DNA of 64,000 bases from Parasitella parasitica NRRL 2501. Its lineage: Eukaryota > Fungi > Mucoromycota. Where the stretch lies: positions 272,164-336,163 of the forward strand of contig MU619254.1 in the NCBI GenBank assembly GCA_025201805.1, given 5' to 3'. Shown here piece by piece: positions 13,676 through 25,356 of the stretch. The position numbers and the translations under genes were made by a program. The notes beneath the pieces are model-generated. The model was not told the DNA's origin, searched no databases, and saw nothing but the letters and a program-made list of their open reading frames with translations. Numbering within the stretch: position 1 is the first letter of the stretch; each line of letters starts with the position of its first letter.

Positions 13676-14881
13676 TTAGTTAGAGGCAGCAACGGCGGCG
13701 GCTCTACGGCGATCACGTTCTTCAGTAATGGAGAGCTTGACGCCCTTACCCTTAGGGAGAGAGATCATGGGCTTGGAGCCTTGTCCGATGGTGAAGACAT
13801 TAGAGATACGAGTAGCGAAGACACGATCGAGAGCATCCTTGACATGGACGATTTCAAAACCACCAATATGACGTTCACGGTGAACAAGTTGACCAACACG
13901 ACCAATATTACGACCACCAGTGATCATGACAACGTTACCAACATCAAACTTGACGAACTCCTCAATCTTGTTGGATTCGAGGTTGAAACGAATAGTATCA
14001 TTCACCTTGATCAAAGGATCAGGGTAACGGATAGTGCGGCCATCATGAGTAGTGATGTATGGGACACCCTTGGAACCGACGAGGACTTTTTTGACCTTAC
14101 AGAGTTTGTACTTGGCCTCCTCATCGGTAATACGGTGAACAGCAAAGCGACCTTTAACGTCATAGACGAGGCGGAAGTTCTCACCAGTCTTTTCAATAGA
14201 AATAACGTCTGTTATATTCAATTTTAAAGAAAAGGAAAGAAAAAGCATCCGGGATTCGTCAAAGCTTAGGCTGTGAGAACTCACGTAACATTCCCAACCC
14301 AACTCTCCTCACAAAATAAAATAAAACAATCACTTACCCATGAAACCAGCAGGGAAGGTAGAGTCGGTACGCACTTTACCGTCGACCTTGACCAAACGTT
14401 GCATCAAGATGGATTGGACCTCGCGGCCGTTGAGAGCGTACTTGAGACGGTTACGGATGAAAACAATCAAAGGGAGACATTCACGTTGCTTGTGAGGACC
14501 AGATGAAGGCTTGGGAGCATAAGAACCTATGTGGATCAGAAACGAATTAACAAAACTGCCATGAAAATTATCTTTCTCTCTTTTGTTGTTTGGTTTTTTT
14601 TATCAGTTGTGAAATAAAGCTCGTCAGGATACATCGGATTGTTGAGCTTGACTTTTGTTTATTTATTTTTGTCATCCCCAAAAAACCAAACTTTCAAAAA
14701 AGAGAAAAGTATATGTATACGTACCCAAAAGTTTGTCAAGCATCCAGTGCTTAGGGGCTGCTAAACGCTTCATGTGCTTCTTAGGACCACGACCCTATAC
14801 ATCAAGACAAAGAGTTACAACTACAATCCAAATGTCTAGATGGATGGATAACTTTGTATCCTGGATGTGAATACTTACCAT
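13676..14881 (-). CDS. RPS4: 40S ribosomal protein eS4
   Basis: ATG-only first exon, then [22 protein letters not shown]; [19 protein letters not shown]; [16 protein letters not shown]. Confidence 0.97.
14597..14685 (-). ncRNA. Candidate intronic box C/D snoRNA in RPS4 intron 2
   Basis: Minus strand: GGGATGA (C) ... AGTCAAGCTCAACA guide ... CCGA (D') ... CTGACGA (C') ... CTGA (D), closed by the flanking stem GTTTGGTTTTTT/AAAAAACCAAAC. The guide is complementary to the conserved LSU rRNA sequence UGUUGAGCUUGACU. Confidence 0.75.
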
Positions 14882-15694
14882 ATTAAATGATTGATATAGA
14901 AAAAAGGAAGGAATTCTAACCTAGAGGAAGTCTTCATAAGTCTTTTATAGTGCGGTAAAAAAAATTTCTTGCAGTAGACTGGTGACCGGTTTGACCAAGT
15001 AGATATGGTGATACCGTACTGGCATCTACGCACATAGAAATTTCTCCTAGTAGCGGAATATGGGTGAAGTCCAAAAAGTACAATACGCAGTTGGTACAGC
15101 ATGTCCTTAAATTCAGTACTAATAAAGATATGGAATCAGCCCTTCTTTCCACATACAACTTAGTTTATCATCATTATTACCTATTCACTGGGTCTCATTT
15201 CAGCTATAAAATTCTTTCGGCGGGTTTCATTTATGTGTATGCGCATCCTTGAAAAGTTTTTCTCTCATCTGCAAATGATCTTTTATGATGGTCACTTGTA
15301 ATGTTTGATATTATAAGCCTCTTTTTTTTTTTTGTCATTGTACATCTCAAATCTCGGGCAAGGAAGGGAGTAATGCAATCATACATATGTCAACAAAATT
15401 GTGCATAAACATTGATCAATTCGATTCATTTTGGGTTACATAAACACAAGAGCTTTTAATGAGTGATATGTAATGTAAATAAATAAATGGCTTGATTTGT
15501 ATAACTGTAAATAAGAAGATTTCATTGGCAAATTTGAATGTTTGTTCTGTGTGTGCGTATAGATAAACAGTGTTTTAGGTGATATAGCCAGGCTCAGAAA
15601 CTGGGTTTATTTGTAGATCGGGTGAACATTTTGTTCGGTGTGAAGTAATGAGGAAAGCGAGAAAGAAAACACTACTTGCTTCTTTTATTGTTCT

Positions 15695-17651
15695 ATGAGT
15701 CAAAAGCCTTCTTCACCTTTTTCAAGTAATTTAGACTACTCAAGGCCGAGATCCAACAGTGTTATCAGACTAATGTCGAGTCAAAATTCACCTTCACCTT
15801 CATCTTCACCTAGCCAACAAAAGCAGAACTTCAAGCGCTCTATGAGTGTATCGGAAGGTCTTCACGTCAGACTGCCCACTCTTCATCATACAGAAACTGA
15901 ACCATTCCCTTACTCTCCTGTTACACAGCAGACAACGAACAACATATGTCCTTCAGAGTCGAATTGGGCAAACAAATTCGAGGATTTTGATATTGGAAGG
16001 CCAATAGGTAAGAAATCCAGCTTTTGCACAGAATTTAAAACAGCTATTTACAGCGATTTACCATTGTAGGCTATGGGTCATCAGCTGTTGTTCATGAAGC
16101 CAACTATAAGCCTCTCAAAAAACGAGTAGCTGTTAAAATGATAGATCTTGATATGTTTGAACGCAATCAGATCGACGAACTTAGGGTATTTATTACATTG
16201 TGAACGGATCGTGGCATGGCTAAAATTAAAACTTCTCTAGCGAGAAACTGCTTTAATGGCCTTATCAAAACATCCAAATGTACTACGAGTATATGGATCG
16301 TTTGTCAATGGATCGAAATTATACATTGTTACACCTTATCTGGCTGCAGGATCCTGTTTGGATATAATGAAGACTTCTTTTCCAGATGGTTTAGATGAAA
16401 TTTCCATTGCTACTATTCTTCGTCAAGCATTGGAAGGTATCATTTACTTGCACAAAAATGGCCATATACACCGTGATGTAAAAGCTGGTAATCTTTTGAT
16501 GGATCAGCAAGGTACAGTTCTTTTGGCTGATTTTGGTGTTTCCAGCTCATTAGCAGAGAACGGGGATGTAAGAAAAACCTTTGTTGGCACCCCATGTTGG
16601 ATGGCTCCTGAAGTCATGGAACAAGCTGGATACGATTACAAGGCTGATATATGGAGTTTCGGTATCACCTCTCTTGAATTAGCTACTGGCCACGCTCCCT
16701 TTGCTAAATTTCCTCCCATGAAGGTGCTTATGATGACATTATCTAATGCTCCTCCTACTTTGGACAGAGAGGGTGGCAAGCATAAATATTCAAGAGCGTT
16801 TAAAGATATGATTGACTCTTGCTTACAAAAGGAGCCAAACAAGAGGCCATCTGCTGAAAAGTTGCTGCTACATCCTTTTTTCAAACAAGCCAAAAGGAGA
16901 GATTATTTGGCGAAAACTATATTGACACATGTACTTCCATTGGATCAGAGACCCCATAAAAAGATGCCTCAAAAGCATATCTCGTTTGAAAGTACTGAAC
17001 AGTGGGATTTCGATACCCTGTCTGATGGTGATGAAAAGACTGATAGCGATCAGACTCGACCCAAAATTTCGGCCCCACCTGTCATCACAACAACACCAGC
17101 GTCAAGTGCAGAAGAAAAGAATGGTACGCCGGGAACACCTCTGGAAAAATCAAAGTCAATAGTTCAATTCGAAGAATGTCCAAAACCAGCGCATGTGGAT
17201 AAAATCAAATCCACAAGTGCTTTTCCAGCTATTGAGGGTTCAACAGATCAAGCACCTATCAAAAAGCACATTTCATTCGGTGAAGCTGTGATAAGAGATC
17301 CACCTGTCAGGTCTATCATGTCGCCTGTAGTGGAAAGTCCTAACCCTCTCTTCAGCGCAACTCATACAGCCACTGATGCCGCCACGGCAGCGAATAATAT
17401 AACTGCAGCTGCAACGTATACACCGCTTACTTTATCAAGTGCTCCAACGTCAAAAAAGTCGAGATTTGTGATTGAAGACGCTACGCCTGCCGCGCAAATT
17501 TCATCTTCGGTATCCTCAATGTCAGAATTGTCTGTCTCACCTTCGGATGTTGGTGGTGTTGGATTAGGTATCTCGACCCCACAAGCTGCACCCAGTAATG
17601 CGAATACAGTTCCTGGAGCAACCAGCACCTTGACACCCATTACTGCAAATG

Positions 17652-17696
<45 letters not shown>

Positions 17697-18964
17697 ACAT
17701 CAGTAATAACAGTAATTCACTGCACGAGGGAGAGTTTAAAAAAGGTCGTTTTAGCGTCAATCAAACGCCTGTTCGTTCCAACACACCAGCATTAGAAGAG
17801 AATCCCAGTAGCAACAACTTGCCAGCTAATCAAAGTTCCAGCGACTTGAAGTCTGTCTCTATGTCTCGTGCGCCTAGCCAAGATAGTTTCCAAGAGCGTA
17901 AGTCTAGATTCGAAGTCAAGCATAGCAATAACAGTGGTCCTTCGATGAATACAGCTGCTTCCGTTGCTAGCACACCTATTGAGCCAAGTACGCCTTTACA
18001 GAGCTTGCCTCTTACTCGTGAAAACTCAAATGCCTCTGCATTGTCGAGGGACTCATCTTTTAACAACAAAATTAGCCGGTTTTCGATTGAGAAACCTGAA
18101 ACTGTTGGCCCTTATTGTGACCTACCCGGCGCTGTCCCTACAGCAATGTCTCCCGAATGCCGTAAGAAGGGTCGTTTTGAATTAACTGGTGGATCAAATA
18201 CGCCAAGTGACACTATTAAGGAAAAAGAGCACTTAGAGTCTCCTCAGTTTACTGTTGGATCATCGCCTGTCATTTCTCCATGTAACTCGCTGCAAAGAGG
18301 ACAAGCTCATCGCATCATTGACAACTCTATGCCTCATATGATTTGCTCTCACATGGAATCTTTAATCAAGCAAACTGAAATACAAAAGAATATGCTCAAT
18401 GATTTATTAGCGACCATGCCACTTATGTATAATCAACATCCCCCATCATCTGGAAATAGTGTGCTTAATCGTTCTCGAACGGCATCAGACACCAAGAAAC
18501 CTGCTCTCTCTCATAACGAAGATTTTTATCAAAGGTAACTATGATAATTTGATGTAAAAGAAAAAAACAAAAAAGCAAACTGAATCCCCCTTTTCTGTGT
18601 AATAAGAGCACCTACATCAAATACAAATCAATCTTCTGTGCAGCAGCAACAACCATTGCTCTTATCAGCTGATATTAACAACACAATCGAACATCTTCAG
18701 CAGCTGCTTTTGCTATCATCAAAAGAAAAAGAAAGACTAGCTCGGGAAAATGAATCGCTGAAACGAGAGGTGGAAAGATTGAGAAGGAACCAACAGCTAC
18801 CAACAACAAACCAACAGCAATCACAATCACAGCAAAGTATATTAATGAAAAAATCTCCAATAGAATCTCCATCTTCATACCAGCAATCAGAAAAGACATC
18901 ACTAGTTGCGCCGGAAGCGACAAGTACACCATCAAATACAAATCAGCAAGAGAAGGCGTTATAA
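15695..18964 (+). CDS. STE20-family kinase, GCK-VI (OSR1/SPAK/Fray-like), multi-exon
   Basis: IG/YGSSAVV, HRDVKAGNLL, DFGVSS, RKTFVGTPCWMAPEVMEQ, and the subfamily motif PPMKVLMMTLSNAPPTL. Long disordered region and C-terminal coiled coil. Confidence 0.92.
17654..17692 (+). repeat. (GCT)13 coding microsatellite encoding poly-Ala
   Basis: Perfect GCT run inside the kinase exon; gives 14 Ala together with the following GCC. Confidence 0.95.
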
Positions 18965-19180
18965 CACTCTTATATCTCAAGCTAGAATAAAAACAACCCT
19001 CTTCTATGCCTCTTCTCAACAACGCGCAGTATACATAAATATGTTTGCCCAACAGCATTAGTAAATAATAAATTGTATATGTTACAAACTATATTTATAC
19101 TTGATTTTACAATCTATTATTACCAATAAAGACCAACGGTTTTCGTAAGACGTTTTGAAAAAGAAAAATGTAAAAAAAAG

Positions 19181-19254
19181 TGATTTCTGCCAGGCTCGAA
19201 CTGGCGACCACTTGCGTGTTAGGCAAGTGTGATAACCAACTACACCAAGAAACC
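19181..19254 (-). tRNA. tRNA-Val(AAC)
   Basis: GGTTTCTTGGTGTAGTTGGTTATCACACTTGCCTAACACGCAAGTGGTCGCCAGTTCGAGCCTGGCAGAAATCA: cloverleaf, anticodon loop CT-AAC-AC, TTCGA T-loop, downstream T-run terminator. Confidence 0.97.
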
Positions 19255-20950
19255 CATATATTATTTGTCAGATGTAGAATTTGATACCATTTAATTAACA
19301 AGATAATATGGAGGAAAAAACACGTGATATACACTATGCAATGTTTGGGCAAATGTTAGATAAGAGAGAATATAGTAGGTTTTGATTAACAGAAGAAAGA
19401 TGAAGTTTATTTAATAAATTTTATGTTATATTTATACTAATGGTAAACTATTCCCAGAAGTTACCATGGTTTTGTATTTGTCTATCTTGGTTTCTAGAAA
19501 TTGCTATCTATTTATATAATATAAATTGAATTTAACTGCGTTTAATTGCTATTCTATCGCTATGAGATACCATACCATCTTAGTTATTTGAAATAATATA
19601 CATTTAAACAATAGCAAAACAGTCAAATTAGTCTCGGGATTGACTTGTTTACTGCAAGAAATACCAAATGACCCAAATCTACTCACAAAACAGCACCGAA
19701 TAGTATCATCACAATGTTACAATATAAATATTTATATCAAAAAAGTGTTGGGAAATAGCACAAGTTATGAGCAAATATCCGATACCTTATTATTATGATA
19801 AATTATGAAATATACAGTAAACCTGTTGTTGCACAGAATTTTTGATAGACGCATCGCCCAGTCAAAATCAGTTCATATAGAACGATTTTAAAAAATATAT
19901 GTGAATATTATCCAGGCAAACTAGTCAAAACACTATTGGCAACGCTCTCACACTACCAAATTCTTTCGATTTTAATTTCTTCTATCAATAACCCCCATAT
20001 ACTCATGTTAAATCAAAACATGAACACAAGAAGCATGAGAATAAGTTCCATTTACTAGGTTTTAATGCAATTTTTTTTTTGGCCATGATCTTGCTTCATC
20101 GTTCCTTCATTGTTTTCTTCTAAAGGTCTACTTGTTTTTTCTCGGTTGTTGATAATTCTGTAATTCTGTCACTCTCTGCGTTTGATCATCGATAGATCTT
20201 TTGGCCTTTAAATCTGGTGTGTATTCTTCGCTGGTACAGAATTCAGGTTGGTCTCATATTCGCATCTCTCTTCTTGATAAGGCTTTACATAAAAGAAGAG
20301 ATTGATTGTTATAACACTATTTATTTGGTGTTTTCTTTATCATTAGTCTCAGCTTCTCGTTTGCCTGCACAAGTGTAGATTTTCATGCCAGAATCTACCC
20401 TAGCATTTCATCGTGTTTTAGAGAATTCAACCAATTTATAGCTATGCACTTGACGTGTCGGTGTTAAAACTACAATAAGTACTTGGGGTTATTTCTTTCT
20501 CAAACTGGTTATATCATACCACGACCAGCTACCGTACAATCTCGGAAACAAAAAAAAAAGCTAATATCCTTTTTAAATATGAAACCAACGATGCGCAACG
20601 CTGCGGTTATTAGGACTTCAAAAGCCAATACGTAAGTTGTAAAGTTGTAAGTATCATCAATCAACGCATTCGTATACATTTGTTCAAATCAAAAGCAAAA
20701 ATATATCAAAAAACTCGAGTCGAATTTGCAATCGCAAGGCTACACATTTTATTGCGGCCATTAATCTTTCTCTCGGCAATAAAACGGAAGCTTAGCGATA
20801 TCTCCTACAAGCTTCATAGTACACTGATCAGTCAGCTTCTGTAAGAGAAGATGGTTTTGTTTATTGAATTACTATGCTGCTGAAGGATAAAAAAAAATTA
20901 AGTAAATAAATATAATGTACAGTTTATAGCAAGAGTGATATACGGGTTGT

Positions 20951-21154
20951 CTAAATTTTGAATCCCAAGTTTCGCATGCAAGTGAGATGAGCTTGGATGA
21001 GATCTTGACAGTTCTCTTCCCCATTTTGAAAGATACATTCATCACGAATCTTCTTGGTTTCAGGACATGCACAGCAAGGCTTGAGTGGTTTACCATCTTT
21101 TCCGATAGGAAGTTCACCAGAAACAGTTGACGTTGTCTTTACAGGTTCTGCCAT
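20951..21154 (-). CDS. COX17: Mitochondrial copper chaperone Cox17
   Basis: [20 protein letters not shown]...[17 protein letters not shown] (CCxC plus twin Cx9C). Confidence 0.96.
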   Translation of the reverse strand: MAEPVKTTSTVSGELPIGKDGKPLKPCCACPETKKIRDECIFQNGEENCQDLIQAHLTCMRNLGFKI

Positions 21155-21893
21155 AATTAAGTTTGTTATAAATCCAGAAAAGAACCTTCAATACAATTAG
21201 TTGTTAGGGGTTGTCGTTATCATTAGAAAGTTAGAGATTTCAGGGGACAGTCACTGTTGGTAGGTTTAGTCAGCCATCTTGCAACGTAAAGACCTTTTAC
21301 CCCTTGACTGACAGGCCCCAATAATGTTTTTCATGACATACTTCATCATTTACTAATAGCTTATATCATCATTGCTTTAAAATATCACCCTTTTTGTAGG
21401 CATTTAATTGATTTATATATCCCTACTAATGCCACCATAAGTCAAGTTGAAAACATTATAACTAATATGTCATCTCCACTTTATGATCAGTGTACTTAAT
21501 TTTTCGAGGAATTCACTTCACATATTTTCAAATCATCTAATATGCTAAAACTTTCAAAAAAAGAAACCAGAAAAATTATATCTCCAGATTTTACTGCTGG
21601 TATCCGCATTTCAGCATGTTTACCCATTGTTTTAAAGTTTGTAAGTACAAGGTCAGGTAATCAATTGAAAACAAACCACTGGACTACCATATGTTGCGAT
21701 AAATGGTAATTTATCTCGCTGTCTGCTAATGTCTATAAAAACGATATCTCGTGTTTGGTCACACTTGGCAACAAAAATCTGCGCTTGCAATGGAGCGTAA
21801 TGTCTCATATTGTATGCATTTATTAACGTATATTCTGGGCATGCCAAGGAATTTGAATGATAAATACTGGTTTTGCATCAGAATAATGCATTG

Positions 21894-22466
21894 TTAAAAA
21901 CAAGGAAACAAATATTTGAATATGCTATAAATAGAGCTCTGACCAGATGCATCTAATCCGGCATCTGCGTTTCTATGATCATCCTCCGTCACTTCTGCGG
22001 CATAATTGTTGGTAGAATAGCGAGATATTAAAGAGGGCTGATGGCTTCGAAAGGCTGATGGAGCAGGTGAATTTAATAATAGCTTGCGTTGCTCAGCAAT
22101 ATAGCGATCATTATCGTCGTCTTCACCATCTTCCATGTCATCATCAGAGGAAAACGACATATCAGACACGCTGCTATCGTCATCACAACCATTATCGTCT
22201 TCTAATGATGTTGAGCTACTTGGAGTATTATCTTGTTTTTCCATGTAATCTTCAAGGTCTGGGCGACAAGACGAAGGAGTAAAGCCCTTTTCTCTTAGCA
22301 ATTGTTGAGTCCATAGTAAATATAGGCCTTCATCATCATCATTTGGACTAATTGTTGTTTGAGAAGGAGTGAGTGGTCGCTCTATTGTGCCCAGAGATTC
22401 TATTAAAGGATGTTGGTACCACGTAATCACATTCACTCTATAATCTCCAACAGATCCAATCTTCAT
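21894..22466 (-). CDS. Hypothetical acidic low-complexity protein
   Basis: 190-aa ORF with D/S-rich tracts and a C-terminal FKYLFPCF. A probable 5'UTR intron lies at 22470-22523. No recognisable domain. Confidence 0.7.
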   Translation of the reverse strand: MKIGSVGDYRVNVITWYQHPLIESLGTIERPLTPSQTTISPNDDDEGLYLLWTQQLLREKGFTPSSCRPDLEDYMEKQDNTPSSSTSLEDDNGCDDDSSVSDMSFSSDDDMEDGEDDDNDRYIAEQRKLLLNSPAPSAFRSHQPSLISRYSTNNYAAEVTEDDHRNADAGLDASGQSSIYSIFKYLFPCF

Positions 22467-24638
22467 GTACTATTATGTACATAAGGATGTGGAGAGAAGG
22501 AACATGCAAGATGAATTTCTTACCTAAATAAGGAGTGCTTGTGCTGAGAGATCCATATTTTTGCTGGCTGCCAGGTATTTTAAGTGGCAAATCTCGGGCT
22601 ACAAAATGATGGCTGTTTATACAAGCAGATCAAAAAATTATTTGAAGATTTTAATTACCTTTGCCGTGCGTATTGTCTATATATGATGAGACACTTGAAG
22701 ACGATGACGGAGTCGGTGGCAAATGTGAGTAGTTTACAAATAACTATTATACAGATCATAGATTAGATAAAATTGCATGTTGAATCAGTCTGCTCAGATT
22801 TACATGTACATTTTTACTATGATGAATTGGGACAGACAACGAAGAGTTATCATTGGATGCTGTTGGTTTGGTGTCAGTCATTTATGTAGAAATTGAAGTA
22901 AGATAGAGAGAGAGAGAAAATAGAATGATGAAAAAAAAAAAGGGAGATTCTTGTGAGGAGGAAGGTTTTATATATCCATCCTTCAATGAGATTACTCCCC
23001 TTACTGGTGTGCTGGTGCGTGTGTTCTGGTCATCAAACAGTCCCACAAGATTCAACGTACAAGAAGATACGGAACTGATTCCATCATTTTCTTGTGAGAA
23101 TACGTAAATTGCAACTGCTTTTCAACTCCTCGTACAAGTCAATTATCAATCAGACTACATTGACTTTCTTTATATGAAGTCATTGCGTGTAAGCTAACGT
23201 TTTTATTTCTAGCAAAATCTTGTTTTTAAGTATGGTACATTTGCACTTGTGAAATGTAGATCTTGTTTGTTTATCTTGTATAAACCACTTTTATTTGATG
23301 CACATGGACTTTGCAAAATGTAACGTTATAGAATTGGAAGAGGCACGTGTGCATCAAGGGGTCAACAGATTTTTTCAATTATTTCAGGGCCAAAGACGAA
23401 AGAGAACCAATCGAGTTGACACGAGGTGCATGAAATTCGAGATAAAATAAAAATCAAAAGGGGGATACCTTGAGAGATTGTTAAGTTTTTCATGATACTG
23501 ATAGTGTCATTCCATCCATTCTTGATGCTGTGTAATAATAGATATTATAGCTCGCACTAAAGTGAGTATACCCTTTTAGTTGCTGGTTAGGCATAAACGT
23601 TGAGAGCTTCGTCTATGCTAAGACATTTATGCTCTGTAACGTGATGTTTTCTGAACTTGTGGCTAAACGCAGTATAGTTTTCAAACTTCTTCTGTAATTT
23701 AGGTAGACGGCGTTTGTTTGTCAGTTCTGATCTATTTGACTTGCAATTATTGAATATATCAATGGATTTATCGCGCACATACTTCGTAATTAGTCAGGTG
23801 CTGATGAACCAAGATCCACTAGGCAAATAGCTTATTCGCATTGATTGAATATTCATTGTACCGTACAACCGATGCTTCTTTTCAGTTTGATTGTACTTGT
23901 AGATATCTGATTGGCAGGAAACAGGAAATTACATGCATGATTGAGCAAGGCGCTCACGATGATGATTGTGTTGGCCGTTGGTATTGATTGTGTCGACATC
24001 AATGTTGATAACAGTGGATATATAGTTACAAAACGTAACCAATTATCTCCAACAAACCTTTAATATGGACAAGAAGTCGTGAAAATGTGTGTTGTAGTTT
24101 TTACAATATGCAAGAAACAAGCTTCAACATGTTTTAAACATTCTTGCGCAGTTTTTGTCGTAGTGATCCAGGATTTAAAAAGATTTAGACCGTAGCTATT
24201 TTCGAAAGTTATCCCAAAAAATAATGTCAAATTCAACTAACTCTATAAATCCTGCGTCTATATGAGACTTTTGGGGAGCAAAAAATATCAGTTTGATGAA
24301 TAGACATATTTTAGCTGAAATAAATATCAATATTAAAGGTGAACTGAAAGCAAGTAGATTTGAAAGCGCTATCAATATTGATGATTAAACAGTTATGTTG
24401 TTGAATCTGTCTATAAATCCACCCGGATTACTCAAAATTTTGATAGCTCTGCTTATGTTAATTCTGATCAATTGTTGTATATTCCCAGCTTCATCAAAAC
24501 TGAAGGTTGATATCACATTATATACTATGATCCCTTGCATGTTCAAGCAACCAAGATGGCCCAGCCCTACTGCATAGCAATAATATATGTACTCTTGCAA
24601 GATGTGATTTATTTATTAAAGGTGCATGTCAAAACATG

Positions 24639-24711
24639 TTTTTAGTTGCTATGGTAACTGATTTTATATCATATAAATAACACATTTTTAGTTGCTATGT
24701 TAACTGATTTT
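24639..24711. promoter_or_regulatory. Two 27-bp direct repeats, each containing an RFX X-box-like site
   Basis: TTTTTAGTTGCTATG(G/T)TAACTGATTTT at 24639-24665 and 24685-24711. The core GTTGCTATGGTAAC fits the X-box consensus GTNRCY-AT-RGYAAC. Confidence 0.5.
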
Positions 24712-24788
24712 GACAGCTACCAATCCCTTTTCTAATACTTTTCTTTTTGGTAATTTATATTTACAATACAGTTTGGAGCCTGATTTAT

Positions 24789-25166
24789 TCAAGCGTCAAT
24801 AGCAATTTCAGATTTTGCCTTCTTCTTAATGTCACTGTAACAATTTCCACATAGATGATGCAAAAGCTTATTACTACCGCAAGCAGGACATGTAGCTACA
24901 TTCTCCTTTTGTTGTAATCCCTTGTTAGATGCACGCATACGTTTCTTTGAATGAGAAGTCTTCTTTTTTGGTGCTGCCCAAAGAATGGGTTCCAACCAAG
25001 TGGGTATTTGAAAGGTGTTGCGAGTGACTGATTCGCTTGTCAATGTACTGGTATTGCTCATAAATACATTGGCCAGAGAAAGTGTACCAAAACGTGAGGC
25101 TTGAACTTTGGCGATGTGTTGATTTTTCTGTAAAGCTGCTTTGGTGACTAATAAACCTAAGCTCAT
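24789..25166 (-). CDS. MRPL32: Mitochondrial ribosomal protein bL32m
   Basis: Presequence-like N-terminus, then WAAPKKKTSHSKKRMR and a CPACG...HHLCGNC zinc ribbon. Confidence 0.93.
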   Translation of the reverse strand: MSLGLLVTKAALQKNQHIAKVQASRFGTLSLANVFMSNTSTLTSESVTRNTFQIPTWLEPILWAAPKKKTSHSKKRMRASNKGLQQKENVATCPACGSNKLLHHLCGNCYSDIKKKAKSEIAIDA

Positions 25167-25356
25167 ATTGTATGAAACGGGAGAAATGGAGAGAGAGAAA
25201 TTTAAACAGGCATACCCCTTCCATACAGGAAGTGGCTCATTTTTCGTTGTCAGTCCTCTTTTTTGACAAATGATGACACTGTAGTCACGTTTTTTTCATA
25301 TAACCAACATCAAAAGACGCCTACCTTCGATTGAAACACTCTTTCGCCACGATACA

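Noticed and set aside
20050-20420. Coding-like minus-strand fragments
   Set aside because: Multiple stops and no identifiable family.
23580-24600. Short minus-strand ORFs (63 and 71 aa)
   Set aside because: No consistent spliced model or motif could be built by eye.
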